NCBI GenBank assembly: GCA_965279035.1 | Contig: OZ257142.1 | Location: 2,144,001-2,208,000 of the forward strand | Source of the DNA: Bacteroidia bacterium | GTDB lineage: Bacteria; Bacteroidota; Bacteroidia; M30B66 | Direction of reading: 5' to 3' | DNA length: 64,000 nucleotides | Shown: in pieces, positions 1 through 9,565 of the stretch | How the letters are laid out: each line of letters starts with the position of its first letter | Position numbering within the stretch: position 1 is the first letter of the stretch | The notes under the pieces: generated by a model | Told to the model about the DNA's origin: nothing | The model's input: only the letters and a program-made list of their open reading frames with translations | Databases searched by the model: none | Translations under genes and position numbers: made by a program

Positions 1-833
1 ATGATGTCTGCACCATTCTTATCAGCCCATTCTGCAGCTGCAACCCAATATTCTTCTTCGGCAAAAGGCTCTTTGCTTCCAATTTCTGTACGAGCTAATA
101 GGAAATCTGCATCTGTTGCTAAACCCGACCAACGACCATTGAGCTTTCCTGCGATGCATGACCAAACCGCTGTTCCATGCCAACCACCTTTCCAAACGTT
201 TTCTTCATTTTTAACAAAATCCCAGGTTTTAAGAATTCCATTTCTACTTCGGATGTGTTGAAATGCTGTGTGTTTATCAGCACCAGAAAAGCCAACATCA
301 AATATTGCTATCCTTATTCCTTTTCCTGTAAGCCCTTTTTCGATAAACAAATCGGCTCCCATCCTTTTTGTTTGAGAATCTAATATCTCATCATTAGTTT
401 CTTTGTATAATTCTAAGTTTTTCTCAAACTCATTAAAATCTGCTATTTGAATTTTTAAAGGATTGGCCTGTTCTATAGAATCAACAAAAGCAAATTTTTT
501 AATTATTGATATTTGACTATCATTTGCTAAAATTATTGCAGCATTAAACCATCGTGAATGAGTTTTTAGTTTAATACAATTCTTTTGAACTTCTGATAAA
601 TACTCATTGCAAACGGGTAAATCATACCAATCATAAATTGGAAGATGGTTTCTTTTTCTTCTGGCTATTGTATTTTCATCAAAATAGTGAATCGGATCAA
701 AAACTGTATCAGGTTTGTTTTTGAAGAAAACCCAATATTTATTCACATCTTGAGAAAAGCCTTTTATAGGAATAATTTGAAAAACAAAAATTCCTAAAAC
801 GAAAGTCAATTTTTTAATTGAGTTGTATTTCAT
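1..833 (-). CDS. S8 (subtilisin-like) serine peptidase, secreted; 5' part only, runs off the window edge
   Basis: Not in the ORF track. Manual translation from ATG at 833 gives MKYNSIKKLTFVLGIFVFQ (signal-like), YWVFFKNK (propeptide), GLTGKGIRIAIFDVGF (catalytic Asp motif), GWHGTAVWSCIAG (catalytic His motif), then GLATDADFLLARTE and AAAEWADKNGADII. Confidence 0.9.
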   Translation of the reverse strand, partial: MKYNSIKKLTFVLGIFVFQIIPIKGFSQDVNKYWVFFKNKPDTVFDPIHYFDENTIARRKRNHLPIYDWYDLPVCNEYLSEVQKNCIKLKTHSRWFNAAIILANDSQISIIKKFAFVDSIEQANPLKIQIADFNEFEKNLELYKETNDEILDSQTKRMGADLFIEKGLTGKGIRIAIFDVGFSGADKHTAFQHIRSRNGILKTWDFVKNEENVWKGGWHGTAVWSCIAGKLNGRWSGLATDADFLLARTEIGSKEPFAEEEYWVAAAEWADKNGADI

Positions 834-910
834 TTAGTTTGATTTTACTACAATTTATGAGAATTCAAATCATGTAATTTTAAATGATTATGAATCAAGT
901 AATGAGCATT

Positions 911-2632
911 TTATTCATCCGAATTGTTTTTTTTGTATATATATATATCAAATTTATCATAAGTATTTATTTTATTAAATTGAGGAATTGATTTTTGATC
1001 TTTTGATAAAACTAAATATCCAATTGAATTGCTATATTTTGTTGAATCTAATCCTACATTATAATTTTCAGGATAAACAACGATATTTTTAGATTTGGAT
1101 AGTTTAAAGTTATAATCAAGATAAGTTTCAATTAATGGATGGTTTGAATAAACATTTTTATTTGTATTTTGAATTATTTCATTTGATAGAGTATTAGCTA
1201 TTATCGGATATTTGTATGTTTCATTGAAATAATTAAAATTAATATATATCGCATTAATACAAATTGCTATCGTCAAAATGTAAACAATATTATAAATTCT
1301 TAAATTTTCAATTACAGCATTTAAGAAAATTCCAAGGATAAATAGTGTTGGAATAATTATGTAAATCCATGTTCTGCTAAAAGGTACTACTGAATGTAAT
1401 ACCATTATGAATGGGCAACTAATTAAAATATACATACATAACAATATTTCAAAATTAATTTTTCTTTTAATAATTAAGTAAATTGTAATAATTATTAAAA
1501 AAAGCATTAAATTCAATAGTGAAATCCCAAAAAACAAATTACTTGTATCATTAAAATGATTAACAATTTTACTTAAAACTTCGTGTCTAGAAATGGGAAT
1601 TACAAAGCGATTTTTGAAAACTGAATCTAAACCCGAAATAATAAAAAGAGGAAAATAAAGAAATATCGTTAGAAAAAATGTGATAATAGATGAAAAAATA
1701 TTTTTGAGAAATAATGCTTTATTTTTTTCAACAAGTGCATAAATGAATATAAATGAAAAAATTGATAGACAAGCATAAATAAAAGATGGCATAGTAAATA
1801 ATCCTATGATTGATCCGAAAATTAAGTAAGTCGAATACTTCGTTTGAAAATATGAGTTTTTCGTATTTCGTATAAGCATAATCGTAGCATAAAAGCATAT
1901 AATAAAAGCAAGAGTAATGATTGAATATCCTCGTGCTGAAACTCCATAGAATATAATTGGATTAAGTGTGCTAAAAATTGAAGTAATTAAAAATGCAATA
2001 TTCTTTTGAATTAATTTTCTACTTACAATGTAAAATAATATAATTGATAAAATACTAATTATGAATGCGGGTAATCTTAAATTTATTGTGTTATTAAATG
2101 GGAGATAAAACGATATATTTGTGAATAAACTATATAAGATATGGTTATTTGGAGCTGGGTAATAAGTGAGGGACGTTAAAAAACCATTTTTAGAAAACTG
2201 TAAAAAAGTCCATGCTTCATCGTATTCAATTGGAAATTTAATGATATAATATATTCTAATACAAATATTAAGCAGCAATAAATAAACTAGACTACTATTT
2301 ATTTTGAAATAATTACTATTACTATTAATATTTTTAATTGAATTTGAAATTGCTTTATATATATTTGATAGGATATTTGATAATTTGACATTATATATAA
2401 TTGTTAATAACCCAATAATTGATAATGAAATAGGGTATAACTTTAATAATAATATTTTATATTTAGTTAAATAACTCAAACTTATTTCTGGACAAAATTT
2501 ATTAAATACTAAGTTGCTTTGCAGATTATTAATAAAGTTTATGTCAGAAGAAAGAAATAAAGTTATGCTAATAATGAATCCTATTACAATAAGGATTGAG
2601 CCTGTTAATTTTATGAATTTATTTTTCATCAT
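911..2632 (-). CDS. GT-C fold (ArnT/PMT, GT39/GT83-like) integral membrane glycosyltransferase
   Basis: 573 aa, many TM segments, YDEAWT acidic motif after an early TM, PNNHILYS, LRLPA and ARGYS motifs typical of ArnT/PMT-like proteins. Confidence 0.75.
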   Translation of the reverse strand: MMKNKFIKLTGSILIVIGFIISITLFLSSDINFINNLQSNLVFNKFCPEISLSYLTKYKILLLKLYPISLSIIGLLTIIYNVKLSNILSNIYKAISNSIKNINSNSNYFKINSSLVYLLLLNICIRIYYIIKFPIEYDEAWTFLQFSKNGFLTSLTYYPAPNNHILYSLFTNISFYLPFNNTINLRLPAFIISILSIILFYIVSRKLIQKNIAFLITSIFSTLNPIIFYGVSARGYSIITLAFIICFYATIMLIRNTKNSYFQTKYSTYLIFGSIIGLFTMPSFIYACLSIFSFIFIYALVEKNKALFLKNIFSSIITFFLTIFLYFPLFIISGLDSVFKNRFVIPISRHEVLSKIVNHFNDTSNLFFGISLLNLMLFLIIITIYLIIKRKINFEILLCMYILISCPFIMVLHSVVPFSRTWIYIIIPTLFILGIFLNAVIENLRIYNIVYILTIAICINAIYINFNYFNETYKYPIIANTLSNEIIQNTNKNVYSNHPLIETYLDYNFKLSKSKNIVVYPENYNVGLDSTKYSNSIGYLVLSKDQKSIPQFNKINTYDKFDIYIYKKNNSDE

Positions 2633-2648
2633 TTTTGAAAATTAAAAA

Positions 2649-4283
2649 TTATTTCTTTAAGAAGAAAATATAATCATTACCTTTTTCAATGATATTATAA
2701 TTTTCTGTAATTAGATTAAATAGGCGTTTTGAAGTGGCTTCTATTGATTGTGTTTTAATGTTTGTAAAGAAAAATCGATCTTCTCCTACTAATTGAATTA
2801 TTATTTTAGGTTTAAAAATTTCTATATTTTCAATATAACAATCGATTGTTTGTTGCCTCCCTTTATAATTCTCCATAGCAAACTGAGGATAAAGAAAGCA
2901 ACTAGATCTTTGTAATTTATTTTCAATGAAATAGTTATTTCCCCAACCCCAAATTATTAATTTATCCCCTTGATGAGAATACAATTTCAATAATTTATTG
3001 ATTTCATTAGCTTCTATAATTGGTCTAGATTGTTTTAGATAATTTGTATATGGATATATTAATCTAACATCTGTTTCTTTAATATTAAATTTAGTAAAAA
3101 GTATAAACGTCATTATAAAAATGGATATATATGATTTTATATTATTTTGATTTAATTTATTATAATATTGGCTTAGAAACCAAGTTGAAGGAACTAGTAA
3201 AAATAAATTGTAATGCATGAAAAAATTCTTTGGAAGAAATATTGTGAACATTGTCACAACAAATAATAATAAGAAAAACAATTGATCAAATTTTAATAAT
3301 TTTGATATAATAACATTTTTAATTTCGTAATATATACTTATAAATAGAATGATTGAAAAAGCAAAGTATTCATTGTTAAATAAAACACTTTTTAAGAATG
3401 AACTAATTTGTATAAGAAATGAATATGTATTTCCATCCGTTAGTCCATCATTTGCATATTGAGTTCCATTAGTAAATACCCAAATTATTTTATCCAATCC
3501 ATATATATTTAATAATGGTATCATAAATAATAAAATACCTGATACACCTCCAATTGAAAAAAGTAATGATTTTAGATAATTCTTTTTTAATAAATAATAG
3601 ATTGTAATGAAAATCCCAATGAATCCAGCTATAGGAATTGCTTGTTCTTTTGAAAAGACAATCATTGCAACTGTTAATCCATTTAAAAAGATGTAAAAAC
3701 TATTAAGTTTTAATTTAACATCTTTATAAAACTGAAGAATAGATAATGAAATAAATACAATGCATGGCATTTCGCTATTATATTGTACTAAATCAAAATG
3801 ATTAGATGTTGAAAAGAAAATTATATAAATAGATACTAATAAAATTGACGTATTTTTGTTGAATTTAATTTTCAATAACTTATATTGTATTATTAAAAAT
3901 ATAATGTATAATATTATATTTATTAATCTAGCATGGTCATATGTTAAATAATTTGTAAAAAAAGAAAATATTAATAATGGAATAAATGTAAAAAATCTTG
4001 TAAAATCAAATAATGCAAACTTATTTAACCAAATTGAAGGAGAATCAATTATGCTATTTGCTATAATTAACCATTGTTCTTCATCTGGGTTCATTGATAA
4101 TGGGTGATTAAAATCATTACTTCTACATAATATTAAATATAGTATAGATATTGGCCAAAATGTATACGAAGGGAGTTTGTTATTTAATATTTTATTGATA
4201 AATATAATATATATAATTGAAATAAGGATTATTTGTATATTTCCAAAAAAGAATACAAATGAATTGTCAAAAAATGGGCTCAC
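2649..4283 (-). CDS. GT-C-like polytopic membrane protein (putative glycosyltransferase)
   Basis: 544 aa, multi-TM, NPDEEQW motif, NSE motif, SKEQ, soluble C-terminal domain (GDKLIIWGW). Lies 16 bp upstream of the other GT-C gene. Confidence 0.6.
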   Translation of the reverse strand: MSPFFDNSFVFFFGNIQIILISIIYIIFINKILNNKLPSYTFWPISILYLILCRSNDFNHPLSMNPDEEQWLIIANSIIDSPSIWLNKFALFDFTRFFTFIPLLIFSFFTNYLTYDHARLINIILYIIFLIIQYKLLKIKFNKNTSILLVSIYIIFFSTSNHFDLVQYNSEMPCIVFISLSILQFYKDVKLKLNSFYIFLNGLTVAMIVFSKEQAIPIAGFIGIFITIYYLLKKNYLKSLLFSIGGVSGILLFMIPLLNIYGLDKIIWVFTNGTQYANDGLTDGNTYSFLIQISSFLKSVLFNNEYFAFSIILFISIYYEIKNVIISKLLKFDQLFFLLLFVVTMFTIFLPKNFFMHYNLFLLVPSTWFLSQYYNKLNQNNIKSYISIFIMTFILFTKFNIKETDVRLIYPYTNYLKQSRPIIEANEINKLLKLYSHQGDKLIIWGWGNNYFIENKLQRSSCFLYPQFAMENYKGRQQTIDCYIENIEIFKPKIIIQLVGEDRFFFTNIKTQSIEATSKRLFNLITENYNIIEKGNDYIFFLKK

Positions 4284-4518
4284 TTTTTATATGATTTTAA
4301 AAATGAATTTAAAGATAAATAATTATTTTGATTTTAAAATATGTTAGAATATTTATTAATGTATTGATTATTAAACGAATAGTTTTAAATTTATTGCATA
4401 TGAACTATTTATTAAAATAATAATCTGCAATATGATCAGACCTAAAAAATTAACATATCAATAAAAATAAATTGAATTATTTTGCAATAAACCTATATTT
4501 TAATAAAAACATGTAAAA

Positions 4519-4551
4519 TTTGATTTTAATTGATGAAATAAGTTAAATTTG
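4519..4551 (+). promoter_or_regulatory. Bacteroidota sigma70 promoter (-33 TTTG / -7 TAAATTTG) for the ceramidase-like gene
   Basis: TTTG at 4519-4522 and TAAATTTG at 4544-4551, 21-bp spacer, 13 bp before the ATG at 4565. Confidence 0.55.
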
Positions 4552-4564
4552 GTTTTTTCTCATT

Positions 4565-6268
4565 ATGCTTGTTGGTGTCGGTAAATCTAAAGTCATTTTC
4601 AATAAAATGCATATCCCAATGCAAGGATATGGAAATTTTGAACATTTTGCTGAAGGTATTGAAAATGATTTATTTTCCCGTGCATTTGTTTTTAAATCGG
4701 ACAAGGTTTGTTTGGCAATAATCAATTTAGAGTGTTGCTTTTCAACTCATCATTTAAAAAAAGCTATTATTGATGGTTTCAATTTAAAGCATTCTAATTC
4801 AATGCTTTCAATTGATAATGTTATGTTTTGTTCTCAAAACACACACAGTGCACCTGGTGGATATGCTCATTATCCTTTTTTCAATTTTAGTACACGAGGA
4901 TTTCGGCCTTCAATTTTTACTTCTTATAAAAATGCATGTATTGAAGCACTTTCAATTGCATATTTGGATGTTGAACCAAGTGATGTATTTTTAAATGCTG
5001 ATAAGATTGATATTGAGTCTGATGTTGCATTTAATCGTTCTATTGCTTCTTATAATAGTAATAAAAATGTTGATTACTACGATGATAATCATACTCAATA
5101 TGCAATTGATAGAATGATTAAACAAATTAGAATTTGTTCAAAAAAATCAGTTAATAAAGGTCTTATTAATTGGTTTGGTGTTCAAGGGACTTCAATTTCC
5201 GAAAAGAATTCACGAATTCATCCTGATAATAAAGGATATGCTGCTTCTTTGTTTGAAAATGATAAATCTGAAGAACGCAATTTTGTTGCAGCATTTTGCG
5301 GAGAATCACAAGGAGATGTTTCTCCAAATTATTATGGTAGATCTAAATGGTGGCCAAGAGGTAGATATGATGATGAATTTAAGTCGGCATTTTTTAGTGG
5401 ATTTATACAATTTGAAAATGCACGAAATATTTTTGATTCTAAGGATCATCAAATTCCAATCTCAAATTCAATCGACTTTATTCATTATTTTGTTGATTTT
5501 TCAAAAGTTATTTGTGATAATGAATTTACATTTGATAATAAAAATCACTCAACAAGTGCACCTATTCTAGGATTATCTTATTTAGATGGAGATGGAATTG
5601 ATAAGCCTTTGTTAGATTCATTTTCCCTAACATTATTTAATGGAATTAGCAGATATAAAGAATCTTTAAGAAAAATCCCCATCATAACTTCCAAAAAGAA
5701 TCGTTTGCGTTTTAAAAATTTAAAGTTGGCTCATGGTAATAAAAAGTTTTTTATTGAGTTGCAAGACAAGAAAATTTTAGGTTATTCTAATTTAAATAAA
5801 ATCCCTTTGCCAAATGGTTTGAAGGATATTGGAAATGAAATAAAAAAGCAATTTAATTCAGGTGCTTTAAACAATAATACTTGGGCTCCTATTATTTTAC
5901 CAATTCAAATTTTCATTATTGGTGAACTTGCAATTGTAGGATTCCCCGGTGAAATTTCTACAATAGCTGGAAAACGTCTAAAAGAGTCTATATTAAAGGT
6001 TTTAGAGAAAAGAGGAGTTATAGATGTAATATTAACTTCTAATTCAAATGAATTTTGTGGGTATACAACAACTTTTGAGGAATATCAACTTCAACAATAT
6101 GAAGGAAGCTTTACATTATTTGGACAACATACTTTAGCGGCTTTTCAAACTGTTTTTAAACAACTATCTTTGAAGTTATGTGAGAAAAAAGAAAATAGAA
6201 TAGTATCAGATTCAATTCAACCTCCTAATTTCACAAAAGAAGAATTAGATAAAAGAACTGTCTTATAA
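4565..6268 (+). CDS. Neutral/alkaline non-lysosomal ceramidase family protein (N-terminal catalytic domain only; metal ligands partly substituted)
   Basis: Motifs MQGY, LFSRAF, (N)THSAPGG, FNRS, DNKGYAA, GDVSPN, PGE, GYTTTFEEYQLQQYEGSFTLFG. Confidence 0.85.
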   Translation: MLVGVGKSKVIFNKMHIPMQGYGNFEHFAEGIENDLFSRAFVFKSDKVCLAIINLECCFSTHHLKKAIIDGFNLKHSNSMLSIDNVMFCSQNTHSAPGGYAHYPFFNFSTRGFRPSIFTSYKNACIEALSIAYLDVEPSDVFLNADKIDIESDVAFNRSIASYNSNKNVDYYDDNHTQYAIDRMIKQIRICSKKSVNKGLINWFGVQGTSISEKNSRIHPDNKGYAASLFENDKSEERNFVAAFCGESQGDVSPNYYGRSKWWPRGRYDDEFKSAFFSGFIQFENARNIFDSKDHQIPISNSIDFIHYFVDFSKVICDNEFTFDNKNHSTSAPILGLSYLDGDGIDKPLLDSFSLTLFNGISRYKESLRKIPIITSKKNRLRFKNLKLAHGNKKFFIELQDKKILGYSNLNKIPLPNGLKDIGNEIKKQFNSGALNNNTWAPIILPIQIFIIGELAIVGFPGEISTIAGKRLKESILKVLEKRGVIDVILTSNSNEFCGYTTTFEEYQLQQYEGSFTLFGQHTLAAFQTVFKQLSLKLCEKKENRIVSDSIQPPNFTKEELDKRTVL

Positions 6269-9200
6269 ATATTTCTCTGGATATCGTATTCCTATTATTA
6301 AAACATCATCAACTTGCTCAAGTTCCCCTCTCCATTTTTCGAAATAATTATCTAACAAAACTTCTTGTTCTTTAATTGATAAATTCTTTATCTCAAGTAA
6401 ATAATCCCTTAAACGTTTAGATAATAGTTTTTTTCCTTTTTGTCCTCCGAATTGATCTGCATACCCATCTGTAAATAAATAAATCGTATCTCCAGGTTCA
6501 AATAAGAAGGAATGATTTGTGAAATTTTCTTTTGTTTTTTGATGGAATCCACCAATTGGATTTTTATCAGGTCTAATTATTTGCAAGTAATCTTCATAAT
6601 ATTCATCCTTAATTGAATTTTCTGATTTATTTTTTCGAATTATCCATAAAGGTCTATTTGCTCCAGCCATTTCGAAAGATTGGGTTTCAAAATTTAATGA
6701 GCAAATAATTATATCCATACCATCATGGTTATCAGTTTCTTCTTGTTTTAAAGCTCTTTCAATTCCTTTATCTAATTGGTTTAGAATTTCTGATGGACGA
6801 AAAATATTTTTTTCATTAATTACTTGATTAAATAGATTTGTTCCTATCATGCTCATAAATGCACCAGGTACTCCATGTCCTGTGCAATCAGCAACTGCTA
6901 TTAATATTGTATTTTCTTTTTTTGCAAATGCATAAAAATCACCACTTACGATATCTTTAGGCTTATATAGAATAAAAGATTCAGGTAATACATTAAATAT
7001 TACATCATTATATGGTAAAGTAGCTAATTGTATTCGTCTCGCATATCTTATACTATCAGTAATTGATAGGTTCTTGTGTTCAATTATTGTACTATTAATT
7101 CTTAACTCATCTCTTTGTTTTTCTATCTCATTTTTTTGAAGAAATATTTCAGAAGTTCTTTCTTGAACAATTAGCTCTAATCTCTTTTTTTCAAATATCA
7201 AATTTCTTTCTCTGTATTTAATTGTGAATATTATTAAAATTACAACAATCAATAATATTGAAGTATAAAACCACCATGTCATCCAAAATGGAGGAGTAAT
7301 TGAAAATGAGAAATCAACTGATTTAGAATTCCATATTCCATCATTATTGCAAGATTTTACATGAAAAATATACTTACCAGGTTCTAAATTATTATAAGTT
7401 GCAAAATTCAATTCACTCTCTTGCCAATTCTGATCAAATCCTTCTAATTGATATTTATACCTTACTTTTTCTGGGTCTGTAAAACAAATTCCATTGAAAA
7501 TGAATGTTAAGTAGTTCTTTTTATAATTCAATGATAATCCATCTTTTAATAAAGTATCTTGAAAAGATTTAACAGTTGTTATTTGTGTGATAGTTTCAAT
7601 TGTATTAATTTTTAAATTATTGGGAATAAATTCAATAGCCCCATTTATTGTCCCAAACCACAAATGGTTTTGAGAATCTCTAAAGATTGAATTTGATTTT
7701 GTTTCTATACGAGCTATTTTATCATATTTATCTGTAATCGATATATTTTTATTTTCCTTATCCCATGAACAAATACCCTTATTTGTCCCTATCCAGATTT
7801 TTCCTTGTAAATCGCTTTCAATAGATCCTATATAATTTGAGATAAATCCATTATTTACATTATAGTTTATAAATTTATTATTGAGGTACTTATATATTCC
7901 TCCTCCTTCTGTGGCAACCCATATATCTTTATTTTCATCTAATGTTATTGATGAAATAGAAGGATATATTTTAGGATCATTTTGACTTAAAATTGTAAAC
8001 TTATTATTTTTAAATAATGTCAATCCTGATGCCGAAGAGCCAATCCAAATTGCTCCACTATTATCTTCTTGGATATCTGTAGTGCTATTATCCGCTAACC
8101 CATCTTTGATTGTATATGTATGAATTTGATTTTTCTTTGAATCATATAATGCCAACCCCCTTAACATTGAAATCCAAACATTTCCATTTTTTGCTTGGTA
8201 AATAGTATGTACATATAATTCATTAAAAGTTATCGGATCACTATATGGAATTTTACCTTGGAAATGTTCAATTGTCAAATTTTGAGGATGTATTATATAA
8301 ATACCTGCCCCCCATGTTCCAACCCAAATTAGCCCTTTTTTATCTTCCATTAATGATGTTACTTCAACTTCTTCTCCGGAGGGTATATCTAATTTATTGA
8401 ATTCATTCTTTATTTTATTTAATATATATATACAATTTGTTGATCCAAACCACATATTCCCTTTTGAATCTGAACAAATTGCTCCTATTTGATTATTAGT
8501 TTTATCTTTTGAATGATTATATATTTTAAAATTTTGTCCTCGAAAACAGGAAAGTCCATTTTGATTTGTTCCAATCCAAAGATTTCCTTCACGATCTTCT
8601 GAAATACTTCTAATTTTATTTTCACCTAACCCGTTATTTTCTAGTAGGATATCAACTTTGTCATTTTTTATTATTGATATTCCACCTCCCCAGGTGCCAA
8701 TGTACATCCCTCCATTCTTTGCATTTTGCAGGACTGAAACGAAATTAGATCCCAATTTGCCATTTTCTAGATTATATTTTGAAAATTGATTTAAGTTTCT
8801 AGAATACTTGAAAGCTCCAGAAGAGGGAGTCCCAAACCATAAATCTTTATTTTCATCTTCAGCAATAGCAGAAAATTGAACAAAGTCAATTCCATTGGGA
8901 ACATAAAAGTCAAAACCTGAAGTAGTCGAATTATATTTTTTTATTCCTAAATCTGTAACAAACCATAGTTCTCCTTTTGAATCATTTAAAACACTTGTTA
9001 CATCTCTTGATAATCCATTTTTTGAATCGTAACGTTTGTAATTTGCTTTTTTTAGATTTTCAATAAGATCAATTCGTTTTACTTTAAATGCCCCACTTGA
9101 TTGAGTCCCTATCCATAAATATCCACTTCTGTCCATACTTAAGCAAAATATTCTACGAGTATCTTTTCCTAATTCTATTTTTTCAAATTTATTATCTTTA

Positions 9201-9517
9201 AAATAACTCAAAACTCCATTCTCATGTCCAAATAAGAATTCACCTTTATTTATCTCTAACACAGTAGTTACTTTATTGTCTGCCAATCCATTTTTTACTG
9301 TAAAGTTCTTGAATACATGTCCATCAAAACGAGAAACTCCCATATTCGTTCCAATCCATAAATAACCATCTTTTCCTTGTATTATTGAGTTAATACATGA
9401 ATGAGACAATCCATCATTAATTGAATAATTTGCAAAATAATATTGTTGACTTAATAAAGTATTTCCAGTGAGAATACTCAATACAAATACTAGAAATTTG
9501 AATATTAGGTGTTTCAT
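6263..9517 (-). CDS. Membrane sensor phosphatase: two-component-regulator beta-propeller repeats + Y_Y_Y domain + TM + SpoIIE/PP2C phosphatase
   Basis: Repeated D..G.LWIGT..G motifs, YKYQLEGFD..W and YNNLEPGKYIFHV (Y_Y_Y), PPFWMTWWF TM, then VSGDFY, ADCTGHGVPGA, DGMD, FTDGYADQFGG and QVDD PP2C motifs. Confidence 0.92.
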   Translation of the reverse strand: MKHLIFKFLVFVLSILTGNTLLSQQYYFANYSINDGLSHSCINSIIQGKDGYLWIGTNMGVSRFDGHVFKNFTVKNGLADNKVTTVLEINKGEFLFGHENGVLSYFKDNKFEKIELGKDTRRIFCLSMDRSGYLWIGTQSSGAFKVKRIDLIENLKKANYKRYDSKNGLSRDVTSVLNDSKGELWFVTDLGIKKYNSTTSGFDFYVPNGIDFVQFSAIAEDENKDLWFGTPSSGAFKYSRNLNQFSKYNLENGKLGSNFVSVLQNAKNGGMYIGTWGGGISIIKNDKVDILLENNGLGENKIRSISEDREGNLWIGTNQNGLSCFRGQNFKIYNHSKDKTNNQIGAICSDSKGNMWFGSTNCIYILNKIKNEFNKLDIPSGEEVEVTSLMEDKKGLIWVGTWGAGIYIIHPQNLTIEHFQGKIPYSDPITFNELYVHTIYQAKNGNVWISMLRGLALYDSKKNQIHTYTIKDGLADNSTTDIQEDNSGAIWIGSSASGLTLFKNNKFTILSQNDPKIYPSISSITLDENKDIWVATEGGGIYKYLNNKFINYNVNNGFISNYIGSIESDLQGKIWIGTNKGICSWDKENKNISITDKYDKIARIETKSNSIFRDSQNHLWFGTINGAIEFIPNNLKINTIETITQITTVKSFQDTLLKDGLSLNYKKNYLTFIFNGICFTDPEKVRYKYQLEGFDQNWQESELNFATYNNLEPGKYIFHVKSCNNDGIWNSKSVDFSFSITPPFWMTWWFYTSILLIVVILIIFTIKYRERNLIFEKKRLELIVQERTSEIFLQKNEIEKQRDELRINSTIIEHKNLSITDSIRYARRIQLATLPYNDVIFNVLPESFILYKPKDIVSGDFYAFAKKENTILIAVADCTGHGVPGAFMSMIGTNLFNQVINEKNIFRPSEILNQLDKGIERALKQEETDNHDGMDIIICSLNFETQSFEMAGANRPLWIIRKNKSENSIKDEYYEDYLQIIRPDKNPIGGFHQKTKENFTNHSFLFEPGDTIYLFTDGYADQFGGQKGKKLLSKRLRDYLLEIKNLSIKEQEVLLDNYFEKWRGELEQVDDVLIIGIRYPEKYL

Positions 9518-9565
9518 TATTGATTGGAAAATGTTAAAGTTAGAAAAAAGTATATAATGCTTGAA

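Noticed and set aside
1-383. Three short ORFs given in the track
   Set aside because: They overlap the real minus-strand S8 peptidase frame, which the track misses because it is truncated by the window edge.
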